Source: a virus
Lineage: Duplodnaviria > Caudoviricetes
Reading direction: 5' to 3' (one strand)
IMG/VR virus record: IMGVR_UViG_3300014204_013734
Location: 32,001 to 96,000 of that record
Length of the DNA stretch: 64,000 nucleotides
Under the pieces are notes generated by a model. It searched no databases, was not told the DNA's origin, and saw only the letters and a program-made list of their open reading frames with translations. The first letter of the stretch is position 1; each line of letters begins with the position of its first letter. Made by a program: the position numbers and the translations under genes. Below are positions 26,222-36,098 of the stretch, piece by piece.

Positions 26222-26888
26222 ATGGAACAAAGGCTGATTGAAATCAGGGCCGCCGAAGGCGGGGAAGATGCCAAGTTGTTGGTCAACGACCAGTTAGGGG
26301 TGTACACGAAGGTGTGTGCCATCTACGGTCTTTGAAACCGAATACATTGACGCACGTCCGGGTTTTATCAGCTTTACGGTCACCGGGGAAAAGGTTGCCG
26401 TATTTGACCAGGAAGCAGGTGGCCACAGATGGCAAAGGGTCCCCCCAACCGAACGAAAGGGACGGGTTCACACTTCAACAATAACGGTTGCCGTTCTCCC
26501 GCTTCGTGAATCCGTGGAATGCCTTGATTTGAAGGATGTAGTGATTGAAACCACGAGAGGTTCGGGACCTGGCGGGCAGCACCGGAACATGACGGACAGT
26601 TGTGTAGTCGTCCGGCACATCCCGACAAAAATCTCTGTCCGAGTTGACATGCGGTCGCAACACCAAAGCCGACGCATGGCTTTGGCCATCTTGTCGGCTC
26701 GGTTGCAGGAACGGGAAGAAACGGCTTCCCTGGACGCTGCAAACAAACAGCGCAAAAGCCAGATCGGTTCTGGTCAGCGTGGGGACAAGATACGTACCTA
26801 CCGGACACAGGATGACCTAGTGAAGGACCACAGGACGGGCAAGAAGATGTCCCTGCACCGTTGGGTAGAAGGAAGATGGGATTGGTAA
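26222..26888 (+). CDS. short class I peptide release factor (RF1-type PxT, GGQ) needing a +1 frameshift at CTT-TGA (26330-26335)
   Basis: frame 0 IEIRAAEGGEDAKL; +1 frame QRVPPTE..RVHTS, GPGGQHRN, IRTY; AGGAGG RBS before 26222. Confidence 0.85.
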
Positions 26889-27112
26889 TAGGTTCCCTCA
26901 AAGAGGTGCCGGCAATGAAAAGAAGCCCGCAGATACCTGTTGAAGAACTGAAAGTACGGATTGAACGGACAAAAGCTTTTCTTTCTACGCCGGAAGGACG
27001 AAAGCAACTGCAAGAAGCCTTCCGTCGTGGGGAAGAAGAAGCGGAACGCATCAAAAAGGCGTGCATTCCAACCCTTCAATCCCTTGAAGAACCCTGCACC
27101 ATCTAAGTTGAA

Positions 27113-27189
27113 GGTCCTGTAGCTTAATTGGTCAAAGTCTCCGCCTCATAAGCGGCAAGATCCGGGTTCGAGGCCCGGCAGGACCACCA
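27113..27189 (+). tRNA. tRNA-Met/Ile2(CAT)
   Basis: cloverleaf with CCA. Confidence 0.88.
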
Positions 27190-27367
27190 ATTCATGAAAG
27201 GAACTCCATGAGCGGAGCACAATGTAAATACCGATCCGTGTCCAGCACCTGTCAGGACTGCGGGGAAACCTTCGTTTACATCAAGAACGGATCCTTTACG
27301 AAACAACGTTGGCGTTGCGACAAATGTGACCAAAAAGCCAAGGAATTCCGTAGGAAAGACAAGCAAC

Positions 27368-27676
27368 ATGCCGACAGACCTAAAATGCCCTTTGTGTGGC
27401 CGGATGATGCCCCCGGGTTTGATGGAAAAGCATCACCTGCGTACCCGTCGAACGGACAAGGACGAAACGGAAAAGGTTTGCCGGGAATGTCACAAAACGA
27501 TCCATGCTTTGTTCCGGAATCAAGACCTGCGGGATCCCCGATTAGGACTTGACAATTTGGAAGGGCTTATGGAAGATGGATGTTTCATCAAGGCATTGGG
27601 ATTCATCAGGAAACTTCCGCCGGGCAGCTTCTTGACTACCAGGGAATCCAATCACCGGAAAGGACACAAACGATGA
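27368..27676 (+). CDS. small HNH-like protein
   Basis: CPLC...KHHL...CRECHKTIH. Confidence 0.7.
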   Translation: MPTDLKCPLCGRMMPPGLMEKHHLRTRRTDKDETEKVCRECHKTIHALFRNQDLRDPRLGLDNLEGLMEDGCFIKALGFIRKLPPGSFLTTRESNHRKGHKR

Positions 27677-27879
27677 CGGAAAAGATATTGCTGGGCATCC
27701 TCAAGTTCACGAGCCTTCCTAAAAATCACTGACTAGCCCTCTTAGGACCTATTATGTCACACTGCCCTGTAGTTATAGGGCAGTGTGACATATGAGTTCT
27801 GGGGCCAACCTAGCCCTAAATAAAAGTCCTGTCGCTGTCCTGTTCGGTTCCTTCCTGTACTGTAAGAAAGGGTTGTGTC

Positions 27880-28428
27880 ATGGATGCGCAGGTTTTGGCG
27901 TTAAATAGCGGCTACATGCCCATTGACATCATTCCGTGGCGGCAAGCCATCACCGATGTTTTCAGCGGCCGTGCCGTGGTTGAGGAAAACTATGAAGACC
28001 TGTTCATCAGGACTTCATCCATGTCATTTCCTATGCCCTCCATTATCCGGTTCGTGACGAAAGCTTTCGGATTCTTCCGCCGGGGTGTCAAATTCAACCG
28101 GAAGAACATTTGGCTCCGGGACCGGGGTGTCTGCCAGTACTGTGGTCACAAAGTGCCCGTAACCAACTTCACCTTTGACCACGTAGTTCCGCGGAACCAG
28201 GGCGGAAAGTCCGTGTGGGAAAACATCGTTGTGGCGTGTCATCCCTGCAACCAGAAGAAGAAGGATATGACCCCGGTACAGGCGAAGATGAAGCTCCTGA
28301 CGAAACCCATCAGGCCGAAGAACCTTCCTGGGTTATGGACCCCGATGGGTTGGAAGGAAGAAATGCCCAAATCTTGGAAGGCGTTCCTTGCTTCCGAACG
28401 TTACTGGAACGACACGTTGGACGCATGA
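27880..28428 (+). CDS. HNH endonuclease (McrA-like)
   Basis: VLALN..Y.P, RD..CQYC, TFDHVVP..GG..WENIV.AC..CN. Confidence 0.9.
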   Translation: MDAQVLALNSGYMPIDIIPWRQAITDVFSGRAVVEENYEDLFIRTSSMSFPMPSIIRFVTKAFGFFRRGVKFNRKNIWLRDRGVCQYCGHKVPVTNFTFDHVVPRNQGGKSVWENIVVACHPCNQKKKDMTPVQAKMKLLTKPIRPKNLPGLWTPMGWKEEMPKSWKAFLASERYWNDTLDA

Positions 28429-28430
28429 AA

Positions 28431-28464
28431 CGAAAAGGCCAGGGAAGCTTCCCTGGCCTTTTCG
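28431..28464. terminator. bidirectional terminator
   Basis: CGAAAAGGCCAGGG/CCCTGGCCTTTTCG between convergent genes. Confidence 0.8.
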
Positions 28465-28479
28465 GTCTTTGGACGAAAG

Positions 28480-29109
28480 TTACTTTTCAGGCAAGGCCGG
28501 TTTCTTCCCGAACACGTCAAGAGGCTCGTTGTCCTTGCCTTCCCTGAAAACCGCTTCGGTCTTGGTGCTGGTCACGATAGAATAATCCAGGACGGTGATT
28601 TTGCCGTCGCCATCAATGTCCTTCGCCGGAGCGTTATCACCAACCATGACGTTGGGGATGTCAAAAAAGCCACGGTAGACCGATCCGGGGAATTGTTGGA
28701 TATGGTCCCGGAACCTGCGTTGCTTGTCCGCCAGATCCTTCTGGCCTTGGGCGAAGGTGTTACGCCCCGCTTCAATGACATCTTGAATCTTGCGGTACAT
28801 TCCCGGATCCAAAGTGGGGTTGGATTCCTGGATCCACTTCATCATAGGGCTTTCCCCAACGGGATAACGTGCCTGCATCAAACCCAAGTAAAGGTCCTTG
28901 GCATCGCCCTTGTATTCCTGGGTAACTTGGGCAACTTCCTTCACCGACTTCTAGAACTTGTCGTAGTCGGCCTTGTTGGCCGACACTTGTGCAACGGTCG
29001 TGTTCTGGAGTGCGACCGCCGTGTTGCTCCACGAAATGCCCCCGAAGACGACCACAAGGACCGTCACGAAGACAAACAACCCGATCCCGATTCCGATTAC
29101 CTTAGCCAT
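28480..29109 (-). pseudogene. LemA-like membrane-anchored protein interrupted by an in-frame TAG (28951-28953)
   Basis: two ORFs in the same frame: DYDKF*KSVKEVAQV. Confidence 0.65.
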
Positions 29110-30185
29110 TAGTTTCTCCTTTTGAAGCGTTGTTTCCATTTGTCACCGAAGATGTCTTGTTCGTGTGCCCACCAAATCAGGCCACACGACAACCCGATAG
29201 CCATTACGTACAAGAGGACAAGAACCCACGTAGGCGGAGTCGCCGCCGATGCGAGATATTCCCATTCAGCCATTGGTGTCCGGACGAATTTCGTGCTGAT
29301 GGCATTTCGAATAACGCCAAGACCCTTTTCCCACTCATCCGTTCTCAAACCTTGCAGGCCATCCCGCAAAGCAATTTTCAAGTCTTCAACCCTTGAAAGC
29401 GTAACAACCCGGACCCAATTGAACTTACCGTCCTTGACACCGATCACGATGTTGACCGAATTCTTCGGTCCGTACAACCACTTAGCTTCAAGGGCATCAG
29501 CCCAAATCGGGTCTGTTTTATCCGTGACGATCATTGTCACATCAACCTGATTTGATGCCCCCAAGTCAGCGTTGATTTCCAGCAATTCCCGATTCCATTC
29601 GGGCGGCAGGACTATCCCCGCACTGACGACTTTAGAGACTTTGTACAAATCGTGGATTGCCGGGAAAGGCGGGACGGTTTCCAACATAGCCGGATCAGCG
29701 ACTTTGTTGACGAGGCTGTAGGGGTCCGCTTTGAGGTAGTTTTGGAAGTGATGGGCGACCGCCGCCGGTTCTCCGATTATGGCGTTCGTCCATGCCTTCG
29801 GGACGTTGCTTTCCCAAGGTTCACAGGAATCAACGGAAATGGAATCCCCCGTTGAAACGGAAAGGGACCACCAATAATCATGGGGATGGGCACATTCTTC
29901 GTGGGATGACGTACAATTACCGTCCTTGTCCCTGGAATCGCATACGGACCGGCAATGGCAGCAACCTTGAGACCCGTGATCCTTGCTGGTGATCCGTCCG
30001 TTCCAGTGTTCCACGTCTCTCATGGAACCCCATTTGCAGATCTGGAACCCTCCGGCACATACAAGGCATCCAATGCCCGTAATGAGCAGGAGCTCTTTCC
30101 AGGAAATCCTGCTTGGCCACAGAGAATATGCGGCAGTTCCGAGGACCAAGGGAACTAGAACCAATCCCAGCATGTGCATGGGCAA
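29109..30185 (-). CDS. membrane protein with Cys-rich domain
   Basis: N- and C-terminal hydrophobic helices; WLYGPKN. Confidence 0.75.
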   Translation of the reverse strand: MPMHMLGLVLVPLVLGTAAYSLWPSRISWKELLLITGIGCLVCAGGFQICKWGSMRDVEHWNGRITSKDHGSQGCCHCRSVCDSRDKDGNCTSSHEECAHPHDYWWSLSVSTGDSISVDSCEPWESNVPKAWTNAIIGEPAAVAHHFQNYLKADPYSLVNKVADPAMLETVPPFPAIHDLYKVSKVVSAGIVLPPEWNRELLEINADLGASNQVDVTMIVTDKTDPIWADALEAKWLYGPKNSVNIVIGVKDGKFNWVRVVTLSRVEDLKIALRDGLQGLRTDEWEKGLGVIRNAISTKFVRTPMAEWEYLASAATPPTWVLVLLYVMAIGLSCGLIWWAHEQDIFGDKWKQRFKRRN

Positions 30186-30189
30186 CCTC

Positions 30190-30954
30190 TTATCTTTCCT
30201 CTTTCAACAATTCAGCCGCAAGATTACGTTTCAATGCTTCTGGAGCAATTCCAATGATCCAGTTTTTGCCGCCGAAGGGCCATGTGGTCGTTGAAATGGC
30301 AATTTCCGGAATGTTGTATTCCTGGCCCCATTTTTCAATTCGGATAAAGTTTTCCCCGTTTGAATTCGTGACGGCTTCAAGCGAGAGACGGTATGTAGAG
30401 GGAATGGGTGCGCCGGACAACAGGCACCCGATTCGGTCAAACAACCAAAGAAAAAGATCCCCGTCTTTGTTCGGGTCATATCCTGCTTTGGTACAAGCCC
30501 CAAAGAAACGCCAAAATTCGCAGGAATCCGTTGCACGGGAACGAAGGTACAAATTGTCACAAGCGTTGGAAAATAACTGAGCATCCTTCAACCAAGTTGC
30601 ATCATCCTGTCTTGGTTTCGGTCTTGGCGTGAATGAAAAGACCACGCGGATTACTGAATTTCGGGAAGTTTCAGTTAAGGCATAAGCCCCTTTATCCATA
30701 CAGTAACCCCATTTGCAACACGTTTCCGTGGCTTGCACCAGGTTGAATCCTGGAATCACGTCCATCAAAACGAACATGGTGCTTTCATCATTTTCAGGAG
30801 GGATGGTTGATTGGGAAGCCAGCTTGGCTTCAATTTCAGCTTTCCTGGAAACCAATCCGGCCCGTTCAATTACGCTGGATTCGGGGAGTAGTGTAATTAG
30901 ATGTTCCAGCGCAGTCCCTTCCGCCTGGAGCGAATTGTATTCCTTGATGTCCAT
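30190..30954 (-). CDS. hypothetical protein
   Basis: GAGG RBS. Confidence 0.65.
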   Translation of the reverse strand: MDIKEYNSLQAEGTALEHLITLLPESSVIERAGLVSRKAEIEAKLASQSTIPPENDESTMFVLMDVIPGFNLVQATETCCKWGYCMDKGAYALTETSRNSVIRVVFSFTPRPKPRQDDATWLKDAQLFSNACDNLYLRSRATDSCEFWRFFGACTKAGYDPNKDGDLFLWLFDRIGCLLSGAPIPSTYRLSLEAVTNSNGENFIRIEKWGQEYNIPEIAISTTTWPFGGKNWIIGIAPEALKRNLAAELLKEER

Positions 30955-30963
30955 GGTTCAACC

Positions 30964-31392
30964 TCACTTTCCGAACATTGCCCAATGCGGAGCAATAGCG
31001 CAAATGGCGGTAGATTCCCCATACGTTTTATTCCAGTCCGTGTCGTTGAACACAGCGAACCCGCGCAGGTTGTCCCCATCTTGATCCGGTCTCTTCCCGT
31101 AAGGATTCTGCGCAAGCCAGCTCTCTACCATCGGGACAACTGCATCTAAATCAAGCGGGGCTGGAAACTTGGAAACCAAAATTTGGTTATGATCGGGAAA
31201 GGCCCAATGAAGAACCAACGCCTTGGCAGGTTGGTCTTCATGCCCATAACTGGGGATAGTTGTGTCCTTGACGGAAAACCCTACGGCAGTTTGGTAGGCG
31301 TCAAAGAAGAACGACAACGCCCGTTTAAGGTGTTCCGTCCCCAAAGAACGGACAGTGACGTGGAAGTTACTGTGGTTAAGGAAGTTCTTCAT
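30964..31392 (-). CDS. hypothetical protein
   Basis: AAAGGA RBS. Confidence 0.65.
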   Translation of the reverse strand: MKNFLNHSNFHVTVRSLGTEHLKRALSFFFDAYQTAVGFSVKDTTIPSYGHEDQPAKALVLHWAFPDHNQILVSKFPAPLDLDAVVPMVESWLAQNPYGKRPDQDGDNLRGFAVFNDTDWNKTYGESTAICAIAPHWAMFGK

Positions 31393-31406
31393 GGGGGTGT
31401 TTCCTT

Positions 31407-32558
31407 TCAAACGTCTCGTCCAACGAGGGAATGGTCCCTGATCAAGTGACCGCATTGGCAACAGAAACCATCCCCGGAATCTACGCAGTAGGAAATCCAT
31501 TCGTCGGTTTGGGGGTCAATCCTTCCTCCGCACGAATCAATGTCCATCCGGTGAAGTCCTTCATCCAAAGCACCCGTCTGGTCATTGTAGTAAAACTTCA
31601 CCAGTGAAGCCAAGTTCAGGAATGCTTCTTCAAGGGTATCACCCCCACAAGACAACCGGGTGTCCATCCCCCATTCCCAACGGTTCTGGTCATTCCATCC
31701 TTCGGGCGGTTCCTCTTCAAAATCCTTCAGGTCGTTCCAACCCCCTGCTTCAATCCAGACACGGAAAGCAGTGTTACGAGGGTCGGGTTCGGTCCACGAC
31801 CATTCAAGGGTCGGATCAACCCAAGCGTGTTCAATGGAAACACATTCGTCAAAGGATCCGCCGATCCGTTCTTCCCGTTCAACCCATTCGGATTCAGGGG
31901 TTGTGGGATGAAACATATCCTCACCATCCGGGGGCCATTTGACCGTGACAGGATAAGTCCACAAGGGATGTTCCGTGAGCCAGTGGATCATCGCCTTACG
32001 TTCTTCAACGTTAGTGGGAATAGGCGGGACATCCCGATGGAAACGACGTGTCACCCGGGACCAAGAAGCTGCCAGGAACGGAGTTGGGTCCAACAGGACA
32101 TCAGGAATTCGGGTTCCCAACGGAACTTCAACGGCAGTACCCCGAAACCCCACCTGGTACAGTTCCAGGTGAAGCATGGAAACCTTACCGTCAGGACGGT
32201 CTTCTCTGATAACCCTCTTGACGTGACCGACCAACTGGCTCCGTCGGATACGGTCCCCTTCCTTCAAACCTTCAAGTTCCTGGATTTCCCCGTAGCAAAC
32301 AACCCCGGTGGCACCTTCAACCATAACGCCCCTAGTCGGAAGCCACTGTGGGCATCCGGCATTTGGACCTGTGAAGTCTTCAACCCGAACCACAACCCCG
32401 TCTTCTACGGCGTGGACTGGCTGTCCTTCCTGACAGTCAATGTCAACACCCGTGTGGACATCGTGTTTCCGTTCCAACCCGAAAGAACCTTCTTCTCCGG
32501 CACGGGGGATATTCCAGGGGACACATCCGAGCAGGGGCCATGACCATTTGCTTTTCAT
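31407..32558 (-). CDS. M23 peptidase domain fused to an unknown C-terminal domain
   Basis: HTGVD and LHLE motifs. Confidence 0.75.
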   Translation of the reverse strand: MKSKWSWPLLGCVPWNIPRAGEEGSFGLERKHDVHTGVDIDCQEGQPVHAVEDGVVVRVEDFTGPNAGCPQWLPTRGVMVEGATGVVCYGEIQELEGLKEGDRIRRSQLVGHVKRVIREDRPDGKVSMLHLELYQVGFRGTAVEVPLGTRIPDVLLDPTPFLAASWSRVTRRFHRDVPPIPTNVEERKAMIHWLTEHPLWTYPVTVKWPPDGEDMFHPTTPESEWVEREERIGGSFDECVSIEHAWVDPTLEWSWTEPDPRNTAFRVWIEAGGWNDLKDFEEEPPEGWNDQNRWEWGMDTRLSCGGDTLEEAFLNLASLVKFYYNDQTGALDEGLHRMDIDSCGGRIDPQTDEWISYCVDSGDGFCCQCGHLIRDHSLVGRDV

Positions 32559-32570
32559 TTGGAAAATCTC

Positions 32571-33038
32571 CTAATTGGAAGACCACAAGACGGTTTCTTT
32601 CAGTTCCAGATGGACTACCCGGAAACCTTTGACCTTGAAATCCGTGTTCCCATGAAACCTATGCAGATTAACAGGGTATCTGCGTGCCCTTTCCATCATG
32701 ATCTTACACATTTCAACCGGTGGAGAACATCGGAAGAAAATGGCTACACTGTTGTATTCATGATCCGAATACGGTCCCAACCATCCGGTAACCGGACGGA
32801 AACAACCGTGATCATCGGGAACCCCGACGATATTGTCCGCACACCATTTCAGGAAATCGGCGGGGGCGTCTTTAATGGCAGCTTCGGCATGTCGGACCCC
32901 TACTTCACATTCCCCAAGCTGACCCGTGACCCAAGCGCAGAGTTCCCTTTCAAAATTTCCAGCATAGCTGTCGGTATCAATCATAAACGCCCAAGGTGCG
33001 GGAACAAATTCGTCTGCTATATTAACCTCTTTGGTCAA
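32571..33038 (-). CDS. hypothetical protein
   Basis: IDTDSYAGNFERELCA segment. Confidence 0.6.
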   Translation of the reverse strand: MTKEVNIADEFVPAPWAFMIDTDSYAGNFERELCAWVTGQLGECEVGVRHAEAAIKDAPADFLKWCADNIVGVPDDHGCFRPVTGWLGPYSDHEYNSVAIFFRCSPPVEMCKIMMERARRYPVNLHRFHGNTDFKVKGFRVVHLELKETVLWSSN

Positions 33039-33143
33039 GACATTGAAACACGTTAGAACCTGTTGGGTTCGGGACGGTCTTGGAAACGCTTTCAGGTATT
33101 TTGCGAAGCTTTTTCAGCCATCCAAGAATCATAGGTATCTCCT

Positions 33144-33896
33144 TCAATCCCACCACACGTAAAGCATTGGGCGCAGGTCGTTCAAGAAACTGACAGGGTT
33201 GACCGCTAGACCAGACCACAGAACCAATGCGATAACCCCGGCCGGTAATTCCGGCCGAAAATCATTCAGATAATGTTGCCGGATTGCTTCGTCTTTTTCC
33301 AATGGCGAAAACTCCATGGGATGAGGATCAGACAAACCAACTCTCCGATTCCAAGAACAAGTGGAAATGCCAACAGGTCCTTTTTCATCAACCTGGACAT
33401 GACCTCGATCCGCTTTGACGGGTTCCTTGAAAAGGTTGGCAGGTGGATCACGGAACCGCACCATCCAATGATCATACGGACAAATACCTGTCTTGAAAAC
33501 AAGGGTCCGATTATTCTGTCCGTGCAGTTTGGTTTCTTCCATCCAATCTAGTGTGTTGTCGTATCGGAACCAATCCGGTTTGGACACAGGCCTAAACAGC
33601 AACATGTTCCGATGTTGTACGACACACCCATATGGGACTGTGCTTTCGTTTTTGTATTGGTAGAGAGCCCGTTGCAATTCAAAGTCAAAATTGGAAGTTG
33701 CAAACAGCATATCCATATCAGGCCACATTTTCATGGCTTCGGGGAGAAGCCAATTGCTGATAATCTGCTCCCGGTTTTGCTGAAGGAATTTTCCAAAATC
33801 CGGCAACAAATCCCAATCAACATCGGAATTGATTCTAGGATCGTTGGTTTGAACTTCCAAACCATACCCGAGCATTTTGTGAACCCGAATGCTCAT
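33144..33896 (-). CDS. hypothetical protein, tandem paralog A
   Basis: similar to 33911..34678 from IRxHKM to LRPM..VWWD. Confidence 0.75.
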   Translation of the reverse strand: MSIRVHKMLGYGLEVQTNDPRINSDVDWDLLPDFGKFLQQNREQIISNWLLPEAMKMWPDMDMLFATSNFDFELQRALYQYKNESTVPYGCVVQHRNMLLFRPVSKPDWFRYDNTLDWMEETKLHGQNNRTLVFKTGICPYDHWMVRFRDPPANLFKEPVKADRGHVQVDEKGPVGISTCSWNRRVGLSDPHPMEFSPLEKDEAIRQHYLNDFRPELPAGVIALVLWSGLAVNPVSFLNDLRPMLYVWWD

Positions 33897-33910
33897 GTTG
33901 ATCTTTCCTT

Positions 33911-34678
33911 TTAATCCCACCACACGTGGATCATGGGACGCAAATCATCCAAGAAACTGGCCGGATCAAGGGCCAGGTCGGACCAGAGAACCAGAGCGAT
34001 GACCCCGAAAGGAATCGCCGGACGAAAGTCTTCCTTCAGATGCCGAAGCCTTACCGCATTTCTCTCCAAAGGAGTCAACTTCGGGTCCCATCGGCCTACC
34101 AGTTGGTTATACCACCCAGTAGAAATACTCATGATTCCTTTTTCATCCCCAATGGATTCACCCAGTATGTTTTCTTCCGGTTTCTTCTGCCATCTCTTTA
34201 CGCAGGAGGCAGGGGGATCACGAAAGCGAACCATCCAATGGTCGTGCGGATACAGTCCCATTTTGAAAACGGTAGTCCGATTCTTCATTCTGCGTTGCCG
34301 TTCGGTTTCTTCAAAGAAATCCAAGGAATCATCAAATCTGTACCAATCCGGTAACGTCACAGGCCTGAATAGAAGAATCTTCCCGTGTTGTTCAATACAG
34401 GTGTCCGCTTTTCTTTCTTTCGCCAAGTCTTGCTTTGAAAGTCTGAATTGAAGTTCAAATTCCGATGTTGCATATTGGAGGGCGTTGGTTTTATCAGGAA
34501 TCATTTTTGCGATTTCACGGAAATAAAGGTCAATGATTGTTTCCCTGTTTTGTTCCATTGACTGTATGAAATCCAAATCGGTTGACTTGTCAAGGTCGGT
34601 TCCTGGCTTGAACCTGGGGTCCTTAACGCGGACATCCTTCAAACCCCATCCGGCCATTTTGTGAATTCGGATTCCCAT
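33911..34678 (-). CDS. hypothetical protein, tandem paralog B
   Basis: see paralog A. Confidence 0.75.
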   Translation of the reverse strand: MGIRIHKMAGWGLKDVRVKDPRFKPGTDLDKSTDLDFIQSMEQNRETIIDLYFREIAKMIPDKTNALQYATSEFELQFRLSKQDLAKERKADTCIEQHGKILLFRPVTLPDWYRFDDSLDFFEETERQRRMKNRTTVFKMGLYPHDHWMVRFRDPPASCVKRWQKKPEENILGESIGDEKGIMSISTGWYNQLVGRWDPKLTPLERNAVRLRHLKEDFRPAIPFGVIALVLWSDLALDPASFLDDLRPMIHVWWD

Positions 34679-34682
34679 GTTG

Positions 34683-35468
34683 TTATCCCTCATCCATTAC
34701 ACGTTGGTTGTATTCGTCAATCTCTTTTACGATACCTGTTCCTGTTCTCATAAGCCACGGCATATAAAGCATACCGTTAATCTTGCACGCCTTTAACACC
34801 GTGTCGTCAATGTCCTGACCTGATAACTGAAGGCTCTGATTTGACGCAAACATAAGCATACGCCCGCTACCGACACAAGGATCGTGAACGGTACGAACTG
34901 CCATATCCTTCCAATCCCCACCAACATCAAGCGTCTTCATTGTAATGCCAACCATCATTTTGCAGACATTCATGGGGGTAGGGTAGAACGCATTCGGATT
35001 CCAATGAGGTCCTTTGCCCTTCCCTTCGGCAATCAGATGTCCAAAGTAGTCGTAAGGATACTCAGTAAGCAATTGAAGTCCAAACTCCCGGCAAAATCTA
35101 TCCCTCGCCCCAGGCCAAGGTTCCACATTGCCGTGTCCGTCTTCAATATCAAGACCGAAAAGAATCTCGTCCATGATCCATTCAACAGACCGCCAAGGAC
35201 CGACATGCGATGAGCAAATGTCCACAAGCATGTTCAGGTGCTTCATGGTTTCGGGATTGGGGTAATCAAGGAAATCAAGCTGAGGAATAGGCGTGTCGGG
35301 GAGGTGGCCAAGTTCAAAGGTGTCACTCCACCACGCCCAACGCCCCTTAAGATGAAGGCCATCCAGGATCAACAGGTACGGAACAAGCCATCCTTTACTT
35401 CCAATGACAGGGGAAGTAAAGGAACTACCTACTTCCTCCAACTTGTCAAATTTATTGATGTCCGGCAT
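34683..35468 (-). CDS. N6-adenine methyltransferase-like protein (no NPPY/F motif seen)
   Basis: FYPTPMNV, HDPCVGSGRML, GQDID. Confidence 0.65.
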   Translation of the reverse strand: MPDINKFDKLEEVGSSFTSPVIGSKGWLVPYLLILDGLHLKGRWAWWSDTFELGHLPDTPIPQLDFLDYPNPETMKHLNMLVDICSSHVGPWRSVEWIMDEILFGLDIEDGHGNVEPWPGARDRFCREFGLQLLTEYPYDYFGHLIAEGKGKGPHWNPNAFYPTPMNVCKMMVGITMKTLDVGGDWKDMAVRTVHDPCVGSGRMLMFASNQSLQLSGQDIDDTVLKACKINGMLYMPWLMRTGTGIVKEIDEYNQRVMDEG

Positions 35469-35480
35469 GTGCCAAACCTT

Positions 35481-36098
35481 TCACAAAAGCCATTGGAAAA
35501 GAACGTCATTCTCTCCACAACGGGAGCGAAGTTTTGCAATCCAAGCATCAGACTTCAGCTTAAACATCAAGGGAAGTCCTGGGCTGACAAGACCACCTTT
35601 GCACACAACCCCTTCAAAGGTCATACCCTTTAGGGTTCCGTCCTTAACCTGCCGAATGAATTCAGCATCAATAGACCCGTGGTGCAGCATCGCTGCATGA
35701 GGAACATCCGCGTCGTTAACCAGTTCCATGAACTGGTTCGGAACAAGAATCCCTTTTCGGTGAACCGAAACGTCAATGAGGGAAACAACGTGTTCATCGT
35801 CCGGTTCATGCTGTCCCGCAAACGACCGGGGTCCATGGAATTCAAAAAACGCTACGACCCGTTCCCATTTACGGTCACGGAACAAATGGTCAAGCTTATC
35901 CGCAGCCGTTGCAATGATCAGGTCGGGAGCTCTCTTCAAGATCAGGTTTGTGTCGTCAAGCAAACCCGTTCGTTTCCCGAACTTATAGAATCCTCGTTTT
36001 TGATTCCATTCGGCCCGGATGTTGGAACCGTCAAGCTTGTCAAACGCCCAGAACACACCCGTCTGAACGATTCGTTCAATGGTCGGGTAGTCTTTCAC
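35481..36098 (-). CDS. ATP-dependent RNA ligase-like nucleotidyltransferase
   Basis: YP, DKLDGSN, FEFHG, EGVV and FKLK motifs. Confidence 0.75.
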   Translation of the reverse strand: MKDYPTIERIVQTGVFWAFDKLDGSNIRAEWNQKRGFYKFGKRTGLLDDTNLILKRAPDLIIATAADKLDHLFRDRKWERVVAFFEFHGPRSFAGQHEPDDEHVVSLIDVSVHRKGILVPNQFMELVNDADVPHAAMLHHGSIDAEFIRQVKDGTLKGMTFEGVVCKGGLVSPGLPLMFKLKSDAWIAKLRSRCGENDVLFQWLL

